From IMG/VR virus record IMGVR_UViG_3300020045_007810, positions 1 through 25,730 of that record: DNA of 25,730 bases. One strand, given 5' to 3'. Below the pieces are notes generated by a model, which was not told where the DNA came from, made no database searches, and was given only the letters and a program-made list of their open reading frames with translations. This DNA comes from a virus. Taxonomy: Duplodnaviria > Caudoviricetes. This document shows, one piece after another, positions 1 through 8,608 of this stretch. Position numbers and translations under genes: made by a program. Numbering within the stretch: the stretch's first letter is position 1; every line of letters starts with the position of its first letter.

Positions 1-121
1 CACAAGAAAAAGCCGCTAGTGTTAGTAGCGGCTTAAGTAAGCATGCGGTATTATTGGACAAGCAAGTGTTGAGCGGTTTTTAATAGATGTAGTTTTATGT
101 TGTATAAATTTGTGTTTGGAA
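1..121. repeat. Left copy of 121-bp terminal inverted repeat
   Basis: 1..121 is the exact reverse complement of 25610..25730. Identity breaks at 122 (C, where the complement of 25609 would be T). Confidence 0.97.
3..34 (-). terminator. Intrinsic terminator-like hairpin in left repeat, facing outward
   Basis: Stem AAGCCGCTA (10-18)/TAGCGGCTT (26-34), 7-nt loop, T-run on the minus strand. Confidence 0.55.
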
Positions 122-173
122 CCCTTGATAAAAATATTTTGCTCCTGATGATAGTTATTTGAAAAATTATACT

Positions 174-181
174 TATATTTG
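174..181 (+). promoter_or_regulatory. Putative Bacteroidota -7 promoter element
   Basis: TATATTTG matches TAnnTTTG, about 25 nt upstream of ATG 206 of the first gene. No clear -33 TTG at canonical spacing. Confidence 0.5.
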
Positions 182-205
182 TATAATCTTAAAAACAACA
201 TAACA

Positions 206-442
206 ATGGCAAAGAAAACAATCGGAGGTAAAATATACGCTACTTTCACGATAGATTCAGATATTAAAGTTCAGTTTAATCTTGCGTGTGTAAGTTTAGG
301 GCTAAATATGTCTGAGACAGTAGAAGCTATGATGCAGAATTTCTTAGAAATAAGTAAAAGCAGTATAGAAGCGTCTAAAGAGAGATTTAACGACGCTTCA
401 AATATTGAAGTTGTAGATGAAACCCGTTTAAAATTTGACTAA
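206..442 (+). CDS. Ribbon-helix-helix (CopG/RelB-like) DNA-binding protein
   Basis: ATFTID beta strand, helix SDIKVQFNLACVSLG, then LNMSETVEAMMQNFL. Start moved from TTG 179 to ATG 206 (A-rich leader, downstream of the putative promoter). Confidence 0.65.
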   Translation: MAKKTIGGKIYATFTIDSDIKVQFNLACVSLGLNMSETVEAMMQNFLEISKSSIEASKERFNDASNIEVVDETRLKFD

Positions 443-828
443 TGGAAGGAGAAGAGCTAAAAAACCTATTAAAGCAAGCGGCTACTGAAGCTTTGCCTAA
501 AGAAGTAAAAACAGATGAAAATGTTTATATGGAAAAACAAATGCAAAAAGCTCTTGAAATAGTAGAAGAAGGAAAAGATAAATGGGAAATTATAGCTTCT
601 AAAATGGAAGGCGATTTTGCTGAAAGGTTTTTAATAGAAATGGGAGCGTTAAGCGGAAGAGAATTTGTTAGAACTTATATGAAAATGTTGGAGTACTTTA
701 AACCAAAGATAGTAAGAGTAGAAACAGCGACTAAAGAGGAGGAGGAAAAAATAATAAGAATAGAAATATTCAATTCAGCACCTGCATTACCAGAGCAAAC
801 TATAGATGTAGAACATAAAGAAGAATAA
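442..828 (+). CDS. Putative terminase small subunit
   Basis: 128 aa, helical, with YMKMLEYFKPK motif and C-terminal beta-like IIRIEIF...TIDVE. Lies upstream of the large terminase; TAATG-coupled to the previous gene. Confidence 0.5.
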   Translation: MEGEELKNLLKQAATEALPKEVKTDENVYMEKQMQKALEIVEEGKDKWEIIASKMEGDFAERFLIEMGALSGREFVRTYMKMLEYFKPKIVRVETATKEEEEKIIRIEIFNSAPALPEQTIDVEHKEE

Positions 829-829
829 T

Positions 830-1177
830 ATGGCAGCAAAACAATCAGAAGCAGCATTCCAGCAAGAGTGTAGAATTCATTTTCATAATACTTACCCGGA
901 TTTAAGAGGATTACTATTTCATGTAAGAAATAACTCTGAAAATTCAAGAGATGGTAAATACTGGAAAGAGCTAGGCGTAGTAGCAGGTGTATCTGATTTT
1001 TTATTTTTATACAATGAAAAAGTTTACTGTATAGAATTAAAAACACCAACAGGAAGTCAATCTGAAGCGCAAGAAGAATGGGAGAAAAAAGTTAAAGCAC
1101 AAAAAATAAATTATTTCATAATAAATAGTATAGACAAATTCAAAATATTAATTAAACACTTAGTAGATGAAAAATAA
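830..1177 (+). CDS. VRR-NUC domain (PD-(D/E)XK) nuclease
   Basis: SEAAFQ...GVVAGVSDFLFL...IELKTPTGSQSEAQEEW signature. Confidence 0.9.
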   Translation: MAAKQSEAAFQQECRIHFHNTYPDLRGLLFHVRNNSENSRDGKYWKELGVVAGVSDFLFLYNEKVYCIELKTPTGSQSEAQEEWEKKVKAQKINYFIINSIDKFKILIKHLVDEK

Positions 1178-1433
1178 TAGAAAAAATAATAAATTAAATT
1201 TCATAAGAATCAAAAACAAGTTAAGGCTTGGTTTAGTAAAATTTTATTGTTATGAAAAAATAGGAACAGAAATAGATAACTATGAAATATCATCACTTAT
1301 TGAGAAGGCTAAAAACAGTTTATATAAAAATTATAGACTATCACTACCAAAAATAAGCGTTGATAAAGGACTAGAAGGAAGCGATTTTACTAAGGACTTA
1401 ATAACTTATAGAGTCGTATTATCATTAAAATAA
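1167..1433 (+). CDS. Hypothetical protein
   Basis: 88-aa ORF filling the gap between VRR-NUC and terminase, overlapping the previous stop. Confidence 0.6.
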   Translation: MKNNRKNNKLNFIRIKNKLRLGLVKFYCYEKIGTEIDNYEISSLIEKAKNSLYKNYRLSLPKISVDKGLEGSDFTKDLITYRVVLSLK

Positions 1434-1437
1434 ACTT

Positions 1438-2727
1438 ATGAACAATCTTAAGGTATCAGATACGTTTAAATTAACATATGACGCATTTCATAAACCAGGA
1501 ATAAGACAGCTTGTTTCAATGGGAGGTTCACGTAGTTCTAAGAGTTATTCTATACTACAAATGTTAATGCTAGAATTAATATCTAGGAAAAATATAAAAA
1601 TAACAGTATGGAGAAGTACTAAAGTAGTATGCAGAGCAACTGTGCTTGAAGATTTCCAAAATATAATAATGTTTGACGAGCAGATACATAAAAATTTCAA
1701 GGAAAATAAACAACACGGAACATTTACTTATGTACCTACTGGTTCTAGAATAGTGTTCGAGGGAGCTGATAATATTGGTAAAGTATTAGGAGGAGCTCAG
1801 CATATAAGTTTCTTTAATGAGGTAACTGAATTTTCAAGAGACGTGTACTTACAGATTACACAACGTACGTCTGATAGAGTAATTACAGATTACAATCCAT
1901 CTAAGGATTTTTGGATGGAAAAATATAGACACGATTCTTCTACTATTTTTATTAGGACTAACTTCTCGAATAATGCGTTTTGCCCGCCAAATATTGTTAT
2001 TCAGTTAAAATCATATGAACCGTGGGAATCAGGTTCTTATGAAGTTGTTGATTCAGAAGTATTTTATAAAGGTTCACCAATAACCCCTACAAATCAACCT
2101 CCGCAACATATTAAAAATGTAAAACAAGGTACGGCATCTGTATATATGTGGCTTGTTTATGGTTTAGGGCTAGGTTCTGAAAGACCAAATAAAATATACC
2201 ATGGATGGAGAAAAATAACACAAGAATATTTTGATTCATTGCCGTATGTAGATTATTTTGGCTTAGATTTCGGTACAGCAAATCCAACGGCATGCACACA
2301 AGTAAAATACGACGGTAATGGAGGCATGTATATATGTAAAAGATTATATAAACCACTTGGCGAGATAGATGACTCATTAGCAACTGTTATAAAGACACAA
2401 GTTCCACAAATTAAAAAAGGAAAAAACTACATAATATGTGATTCTGCTAAAGAAAAATACATAGACATATTGAAAAATGAAGGTTATTTAGCAATGGGAG
2501 CTATAAAAGGAGCCGGTTCAATAGAAGCGGGTATATCTATAGTTCAATCATTTACTATTTACTATGTTCCATCTGAAGAATTAGAGAAAGAATATTCTAA
2601 TTATTCTTGGCAATTAGATAGGCAAGGCAAGCCTGTAGACTTACCAATAAAGGCAGATGACCACTTGATGGACTCTATGCGTTACATTATTACTTTTCTA
2701 TACGAATTTTTAAGTATCAAAATATAA
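1438..2727 (+). CDS. terL: Terminase large subunit (PBSX/Terminase_3-like)
   Basis: Walker A GGSRSSKS, Walker B FFNEVTE, coupling motif DYNP, nuclease GLDFG and DDHLMDSMRY. Confidence 0.95.
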   Translation: MNNLKVSDTFKLTYDAFHKPGIRQLVSMGGSRSSKSYSILQMLMLELISRKNIKITVWRSTKVVCRATVLEDFQNIIMFDEQIHKNFKENKQHGTFTYVPTGSRIVFEGADNIGKVLGGAQHISFFNEVTEFSRDVYLQITQRTSDRVITDYNPSKDFWMEKYRHDSSTIFIRTNFSNNAFCPPNIVIQLKSYEPWESGSYEVVDSEVFYKGSPITPTNQPPQHIKNVKQGTASVYMWLVYGLGLGSERPNKIYHGWRKITQEYFDSLPYVDYFGLDFGTANPTACTQVKYDGNGGMYICKRLYKPLGEIDDSLATVIKTQVPQIKKGKNYIICDSAKEKYIDILKNEGYLAMGAIKGAGSIEAGISIVQSFTIYYVPSEELEKEYSNYSWQLDRQGKPVDLPIKADDHLMDSMRYIITFLYEFLSIKI

Positions 2728-2810
2728 AATCTTTATATATATTGTACCCGCGTCGCATGTGATATACGAAAAAAATATCTAATAAAAAAATTTTTTTTCA
2801 TTTATTTTCG

Positions 2811-2835
2811 TACTAAATTTGGTTAAAATTTAGTA
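2811..2835. promoter_or_regulatory. Operator-like 10-bp inverted repeat overlapping a -7 promoter element
   Basis: TACTAAATTT-ggtta-AAATTTAGTA. TAAATTTG at 2814-2821; portal ATG at 2841. Confidence 0.55.
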
Positions 2836-2840
2836 ACGAC

Positions 2841-4094
2841 ATGAACTTCAAAATGCCAAGCTTCAAGAACCTGTCCTGGGAACGCAATAAATCAGGAGAG
2901 AATTTTTATACTGAAGTGCTAGAAGGCAAGGGATGGGGTTGCAAAGCAAGTAATTTAGAGATGGCTCAAAATCATCCAATACTTACCCCTGCTATGTTGT
3001 TTGTTTCTAAACTTTTTTCACAAGCTAATTTTTACATGAAGAATGTAAAAACAGGAGAATTATTATCAGAGCATCCTTTATTAAACATAATAAATAGTCC
3101 AAATTTTTTTCAAACAAAGATGGATTTGCTGGAAAGCTTAATGTTTATGCAAATAGCTACAGGCGTTGGAGTTTTGTATAAAAAATCAGTAATTGGTTTT
3201 GAAGACGAAATAGAAACAATTTATTTACTTGACTTTAGAAAAATAACTTGGCCAGATGATTTTGTCACAAAGTTATCAATAGCTAATAAAAACAATAGTA
3301 ATAAAAATACAGTTGTTATTTATGACAAAGACGGTGAAAATCTAAATATAAAATTAAGTGAATTAATGTTTTTCTATGATTTACCAAACGGTTTAGATAG
3401 TTCAAACATTTATAAAAATAAATCAAGACTAGACGGATTAACACAAACATTGGTTAATACTGTTGATAGTTTAGTTGCTAAAAACATTATATTGAAAACA
3501 AACGGCAAAGAAATGCTATCTGGTTCAAAAGATGGGTTTCCGCTTGATGTTGACGAAAAAGCACATGCAGAAAGATTATTCAATGTTAAATACGGATTGT
3601 CAAAGACAAGAGGTAGAGCATTAATAACTAAAGCAAATTTAACATGGCAATCGCTGCATATTGCATTACGTGATTTAGGATTAGACGAATCAGTTAAAGT
3701 AGATGGTAATATAATCTACACAGCATTGCACATACCGAAAGATATATTATCTCTAGAAGCTAAAAAAACAACTTATAACAACTTTAAGGAATCAATGGTT
3801 TCTTATATACAAAATGAACACCAATCTAGTTTAGATTCATTTTGCGAAGTTATAAATAAAGGAATACCTTATAAAGGATTGAAGTTGGTTGGCTCGTATG
3901 ACCATTTACCGGTTATGCAAACTATTAAAAAAGAAAAGTATGATTCGGCTAAAACACAAGGCGAAGCATTGAAAGCATTACTTGACGCCGGCGTGCCTGA
4001 CGAAATAGCGTTAGAATTAGTTGGATTGCCAAAAAACACTAAGTTAGTTAAACAGGAACCTAAAGCAGATGTAAGTCAAGATGTTGTATTGTAA
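2841..4094 (+). CDS. Phage portal protein (HK97-like)
   Basis: 417 aa between terminase and protease. HPLLNIINSPNFFQT and IYTALHIPKDIL...TYNN motifs. Confidence 0.9.
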   Translation: MNFKMPSFKNLSWERNKSGENFYTEVLEGKGWGCKASNLEMAQNHPILTPAMLFVSKLFSQANFYMKNVKTGELLSEHPLLNIINSPNFFQTKMDLLESLMFMQIATGVGVLYKKSVIGFEDEIETIYLLDFRKITWPDDFVTKLSIANKNNSNKNTVVIYDKDGENLNIKLSELMFFYDLPNGLDSSNIYKNKSRLDGLTQTLVNTVDSLVAKNIILKTNGKEMLSGSKDGFPLDVDEKAHAERLFNVKYGLSKTRGRALITKANLTWQSLHIALRDLGLDESVKVDGNIIYTALHIPKDILSLEAKKTTYNNFKESMVSYIQNEHQSSLDSFCEVINKGIPYKGLKLVGSYDHLPVMQTIKKEKYDSAKTQGEALKALLDAGVPDEIALELVGLPKNTKLVKQEPKADVSQDVVL

Positions 4095-4152
4095 ATCATG
4101 TGCAGATCGTTGGAAAGAAATATTAATTAAACAACAACTAAATGATATAGTC

Positions 4153-4293
4153 ATGGCAAAAAATAATCAAAAAGAAACAGAAGGTAAAGCAGTAGAAACA
4201 ACAAGTGTTAACAGTTCTGCAAAACCAAATATTAACAAAATTGTTGAAGATAGAAGAAAGGTTCTTCTAGACAGCAAGCAAGTAAACAAATAG
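4153..4293 (+). CDS. Small hypothetical protein (start uncertain, 4081 or 4153)
   Basis: MAKNNQK... ORF ends 4 nt before the protease ATG. The upstream ATG 4081 would add a CxxC-containing 24 aa. Confidence 0.55.
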   Translation: MAKNNQKETEGKAVETTSVNSSAKPNINKIVEDRRKVLLDSKQVNK

Positions 4294-4297
4294 CATC

Positions 4298-5077
4298 ATG
4301 CTTAAGCTACCTGAATTTAAAACTAAAAAGGAATTATTTGATTTTCTTGTTGAAAACAAGGAATCATTAATAGCCCAAAAATGCTCCGCAATAAAAGAAG
4401 CGGACGGTTTTGGATGCCAAACTATTTTAGTAAGGGATGGACTTGTTGGTAAAGCTGCACCAAGTATTATTGACGCTGAAGAAATTAGAGTAAAAGTAGT
4501 TATAAACACTACCAATATAATGGATTCACATGATGATGTTCACATAAAGGGATTATGGAATAAATCTTTAAAAGAAAATAAAAGAATAATGCATGTTCAA
4601 GAGCATAAATCTAATCAGTTTGATAAAATAATTTCAAGCGGAGAAGATTTAAAAGCGTTTGTAAAAGACATGTCTTGGAAAGATTTAGGATATAATGCTG
4701 AAGGAGATTCAGAAGCATTAATATTTGATTCATTGATTAAACGCTCTAGAAACGAGTATATGCTTAATCAATACAAATCTGGTTATGTTAGTAATCACTC
4801 TGTTGGGATGCAGTACGTAAAATTAGATATTGCAATCAATGACAAGGAATATGAAAAAGAAATGGATTTTTTCAATAAATACATTGAAACTATTGTAAAC
4901 AAACAGAAAGCTATTGACAAAGGGTATTTCTGGGTAGTAACAGAAGCTAAAGCAATTGAAGGCTCTGCTGTTCCAAATGGTTCAAATCCAGTAACACCAA
5001 CTATATATATAGAGGATAAACAAGAAATTTACAATCCAAAAGAATTAGCTATTAAGCACTTTTTAGGATTAAAATAA
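4298..5077 (+). CDS. Prohead (capsid maturation) protease, HK97-type
   Basis: DSHDDV, QEH, HSVGM and EGSAVPNGSNPVT motifs; sits between portal and capsid. Confidence 0.88.
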   Translation: MLKLPEFKTKKELFDFLVENKESLIAQKCSAIKEADGFGCQTILVRDGLVGKAAPSIIDAEEIRVKVVINTTNIMDSHDDVHIKGLWNKSLKENKRIMHVQEHKSNQFDKIISSGEDLKAFVKDMSWKDLGYNAEGDSEALIFDSLIKRSRNEYMLNQYKSGYVSNHSVGMQYVKLDIAINDKEYEKEMDFFNKYIETIVNKQKAIDKGYFWVVTEAKAIEGSAVPNGSNPVTPTIYIEDKQEIYNPKELAIKHFLGLK

Positions 5078-5079
5078 TA

Positions 5080-5133
5080 AAATAGCCGCGTAAGCACTAT
5101 TTATAACAAAGTAAGCCGCGTAAGCACTTATTT
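5080..5133 (+). repeat. Tandem hairpin repeat in the capsid gene leader
   Basis: AGCCGCGTAAGCACT at 5084-5098 and 5114-5128, each enclosed by a different complementary stem. Confidence 0.85.
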
Positions 5134-5174
5134 AAAGCACCAAAAAATATTACAAATAAATAAAACTTATCAAA

Positions 5175-6374
5175 ATGGATGAAAAGTTATTAGAAGCATT
5201 GGAAAAAAAATTCCAAGACTTACAAGCGTCGTTAAAAGAAGCTCAAGATAATGGAGCTACTAAAGAAGAGGTTTTAAAATTGCATGAAGCAATTAAAAAA
5301 CAAGGGTCGGCTATTCAGGAGTTCATGGAAGCTCAAGCTGAAAAAGTTCAAAAAAGTTACGGAGAACAACTTGTTTCATTTTTGATTGAAAACAAAGCAA
5401 AGCTTGAAAACATTATCAAAAATCAATCAGGCGTTATTGAATTCGTGCCTAAAGCAGTAGGAGCTATGTCTACAGCTTCTGGAGGAGACGGAGTTATTGT
5501 TCCTCCTAAAAACATGAACACTTCTTTAGAAGGATTCAATTTTAGAAATGATGACTCATTGGTTAACTTAGCAACAGTTACTAACACTAACTCGCCAAAT
5601 TATCCATACACAGAATTAGTGCCAAAAGACGGTAGTTACGCTTTTGTTGCAGAAGGCACAGCTAAACCTATGATTGATTTCACTTGGCAAAATAGATACG
5701 CTACTCCTTACAAAATCGCTGCTTACGAAGTTTTGTCCGAAGAGGTTGTTACTGATATTCCTAGAATGGAATCAACAGCAAGAGAATATTTGTTTAAAAA
5801 ACACAATTTGTTTAAAGCAAACGCGATCTACTTCTCAGCTGAATCAGCAACAACTCCAAAAGGGGCTACAGTTTTTGGCAGAGATTTTGTTCCCGGGGCT
5901 ATGGCTGACAAAGTTGATTCTCCAAATTTCATGGACGCCGTTAATGCGTGTATCACAGACATCTACACTACGCACAACTATGTTGACGAATCTCCATATG
6001 AAGCAAACGTTTGTTTGATTAATCCTGTAGACTTCTTTATAGAATTGGTCTCCGCTAAAGATAAAAATGGTTTGCCATTATATCCTCAAGCAGGATTGTT
6101 CAATACAGTTACAATCGGCGGAGTAACAATCAAACCGTGGGAAAAAATTGTTGCTGGTAAAGTATTCGTTGCTGACATGAAACGATACAATGTATCAAAT
6201 TACATTCCGTTCTCAATTAGAATTGGATGGATTAACGACCAATTCATTACCAATCAATTTACAATGTTGGGAGAAAGCAGATTCTATGCTTATGTTAAAA
6301 AACTTGATGAACAAGCATTTATCTATGATGATATTGCAGCTATTAAAGCAGCAATAGCTGTTCCTGTAGTTTAA
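5175..6374 (+). CDS. Major capsid protein (HK97 fold, N-terminal coiled-coil delta domain)
   Basis: 399 aa. Coiled-coil N-terminus, FVAEGTAKP, LSEEVVTDIP, KDKNGLPLYP, DQFITNQFTMLGESR. Confidence 0.95.
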   Translation: MDEKLLEALEKKFQDLQASLKEAQDNGATKEEVLKLHEAIKKQGSAIQEFMEAQAEKVQKSYGEQLVSFLIENKAKLENIIKNQSGVIEFVPKAVGAMSTASGGDGVIVPPKNMNTSLEGFNFRNDDSLVNLATVTNTNSPNYPYTELVPKDGSYAFVAEGTAKPMIDFTWQNRYATPYKIAAYEVLSEEVVTDIPRMESTAREYLFKKHNLFKANAIYFSAESATTPKGATVFGRDFVPGAMADKVDSPNFMDAVNACITDIYTTHNYVDESPYEANVCLINPVDFFIELVSAKDKNGLPLYPQAGLFNTVTIGGVTIKPWEKIVAGKVFVADMKRYNVSNYIPFSIRIGWINDQFITNQFTMLGESRFYAYVKKLDEQAFIYDDIAAIKAAIAVPVV

Positions 6375-6398
6375 CAGTAATAAACCTAAAGATTTAAT

Positions 6399-7061
6399 AT
6401 GATACTAAATAATTCATACTTTGTAAACGAGATATTTATACCTCACGCCAAGCCTTCTGTTACAGATAACGTGACGGCTATAAGCGCTGATTTATTATAT
6501 TTCATACAAGAATATGAAACAGAGTGTTTATTTAAGTCTTTAGGTTTTTCTTTGTATAAAGAGTTTTTGTCAAATTTAGACGAAACAAAACCAAGCTATA
6601 TAAAAGACGGAGCTGATGAGAAATGGAATAAGTTACTAAATGGAACTGAATACGTCGACTCGTCTGGTAAGCCTTGTATCTGGAAAGGTATTAGAAGAAA
6701 AACAGGTGAAACATACAATAAAAGTTTTTTAGCTGATTATGTTTATTATCATTATGAGAAATCAGCAGATGATGATAGAGTAGGTGTTGGAAACGTAAAA
6801 CAAAACGCTGAAAACGCAGAAATAGTTAATAAAGCACCTAAAGTAGTTGCTGCTTGGAGAAGATTCTTTAAATTAGTACAAGGAGGTTGTTATGAACATA
6901 CGTTTATATCAAATAATTTTGGAGAAGGCGTAGACTGGATTGGCAGCGGAGAAGAAAAATCTTTATATGATTTTATATACGACATGAATCTATTAGATAA
7001 TACAAATTATCAAAATTTTAATCCATATATGTTTACAAACATTAATCAATTTGGAATATAA
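6399..7061 (+). CDS. Putative head-tail adaptor/connector
   Basis: Directly follows the capsid gene; helical, FLADYVYYHY motif, ends INQFGI. Call rests on synteny. Confidence 0.65.
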   Translation: MILNNSYFVNEIFIPHAKPSVTDNVTAISADLLYFIQEYETECLFKSLGFSLYKEFLSNLDETKPSYIKDGADEKWNKLLNGTEYVDSSGKPCIWKGIRRKTGETYNKSFLADYVYYHYEKSADDDRVGVGNVKQNAENAEIVNKAPKVVAAWRRFFKLVQGGCYEHTFISNNFGEGVDWIGSGEEKSLYDFIYDMNLLDNTNYQNFNPYMFTNINQFGI

Positions 7062-7582
7062 TGGTAACTAAAGAGGTAATAATAGTAGAATCAAGATTCA
7101 ATGAAATTTTTGAATATCTACCAGAAATAACTAATAAAGACAACATTGGGTTTAAGCCTACATTTATGTACGGCAATAACAAACAGTTGTTGGATTATCT
7201 TAGGCAAAACAGAAGTATAGAAAGCGTATATCCGTTAATATGGTTAATTTATCCATACAACGAAATACATGAAAGAAGTTTTGTAACTCTTGAAAACGTA
7301 TCAATAGTATTAGCTGTTGAGACAAATTCTTCAATGTTAAATGAGCAGAGACTTAAAGAGACTTATGCTAAGGTTTTATTTCCTTTGTTTGACAATATTA
7401 AGAAAGCTATCGGAATTGCTAATATAATATCTACTGATGAAAAGTATTCTTTAGTTAAATTTCCAAATTATAGCGAAGAGCCAAATTCTGAAAAAAATGC
7501 AACAACATACGTTTGGGATGCTTTAAAGATTACATTCAATTGTAAAATTACAAGTAACTGTTTAAAACCTATTAAATTTTAA
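7061..7582 (+). CDS. Putative tail terminator / neck protein
   Basis: YPLIWL motif, 173 aa, immediately before the major tail gene; TAATG-coupled. Confidence 0.6.
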   Translation: MVTKEVIIVESRFNEIFEYLPEITNKDNIGFKPTFMYGNNKQLLDYLRQNRSIESVYPLIWLIYPYNEIHERSFVTLENVSIVLAVETNSSMLNEQRLKETYAKVLFPLFDNIKKAIGIANIISTDEKYSLVKFPNYSEEPNSEKNATTYVWDALKITFNCKITSNCLKPIKF

Positions 7583-7604
7583 AAACAATTTAAAAAAATA
7601 AAAA

Positions 7605-8537
7605 ATGAGTACAATCGCACAAATATCTGGAAAAAACGTTAACTGCGGAGACGTAGGGGCGGACACGGGTTCTTTAGGATGCCAATTGGAATTTGGAACT
7701 CCTTTGCACGCAATAGGATTAAGAAAAGGTACAATCATACCTAAGGATACTATTTTTGATAAAGTATTTATAGATACTTTAGTACAAATGGGTATTGCAA
7801 CACCTGCTATAGACGCAGATTCATTTGAAGAAACATCTTCAGAAGATACAATGAATACAAACTCAAGAGGCGTAGATAGACTATCTGTTTTAGGGTTACC
7901 TAAATACCAGTTTACTTATCAACTTGGGCATGAGTTTTACAAGCAGATTGCTAATCTTACGTCATTTAAAAAATTAGACTTCATTTTTGGAGACGACCAA
8001 GGGAACTGGAGAATGGCTGTAAATTCAGATGGCGATTTCCATGGATTTTCATGCGGACAAGTTTTGGCTAAAATGACTAAAACAAAAGTTCAAGGAGGAG
8101 ACCCAGAATCAAAAACAATAATTATCCAAATGCTAAACAGAGAGCAATGGGATAAAAACTATACTATTCTAGAGAGAAGTTTATTGACTTTTTCTCCAGA
8201 AGAATTAGGAGGTTCAAACGGAGTAGAGCTTATTTTAGACCCGATTACCGCTGCAAGTGTTTCTATTTCTGTAAAAGCGGTATTAAAAGCGGATAGAGTT
8301 ACACCTGTATCAGGGTGGACAACAACCGAGTTTAGAGTTACCTCCGATGGAGCTACTTTAGCAGGTACTGTTGCAACAGAAAATGAAGATGGCGATTATA
8401 CAATTTCTATTCCAGCACAAGCAGCGGGTAAAAAAATACAAGTTACTTCTTTTGATGATATTACTAAGACTCAAAGGGTATTAGTTGAAGGAATTGTATT
8501 TTCAGCAGAATCAAACATTGTTAGCGTATCTGCCTGA
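7605..8537 (+). CDS. Major tail (tube) protein with C-terminal Ig-like domain
   Basis: N-terminal C...DTGSLGC motif typical of Bacteroidota phage tube proteins; beta-rich C-terminal ~100 aa; synteny. Ends in TGA followed by an in-frame extension to 8591. Confidence 0.8.
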   Translation: MSTIAQISGKNVNCGDVGADTGSLGCQLEFGTPLHAIGLRKGTIIPKDTIFDKVFIDTLVQMGIATPAIDADSFEETSSEDTMNTNSRGVDRLSVLGLPKYQFTYQLGHEFYKQIANLTSFKKLDFIFGDDQGNWRMAVNSDGDFHGFSCGQVLAKMTKTKVQGGDPESKTIIIQMLNREQWDKNYTILERSLLTFSPEELGGSNGVELILDPITAASVSISVKAVLKADRVTPVSGWTTTEFRVTSDGATLAGTVATENEDGDYTISIPAQAAGKKIQVTSFDDITKTQRVLVEGIVFSAESNIVSVSA

Positions 8538-8608
8538 ATAGGACCAACGGCTGGAATATTCAAATTACAGTTTACTAATCAATTTACTTAGCCCTAAAAA
8601 CCATTATC

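Noticed and set aside
22-249. Minus-strand 75-aa ORF
   Set aside because: Antisense to the RHH gene and its promoter, runs through the repeat in a different frame from the tail gene, and has no recognisable motif.
2015-2130. Intein or intron in the terminase (extra segment WESGSYEVVDSEVFYKGSPITPTNQPP)
   Set aside because: Too short, lacks intein C/S...HN splice motifs, and the frame is uninterrupted; probably a loop insertion.
5084-5128. Mini-CRISPR array
   Set aside because: Only two 15-bp repeats separated by 15 bp, and no cas genes; better explained as tandem RNA hairpins.
6372-6398. Readthrough or frameshift extension of the major capsid gene
   Set aside because: TAA is followed by CAG TAA in frame, and the next gene starts 24 nt later, leaving no room for an extension.
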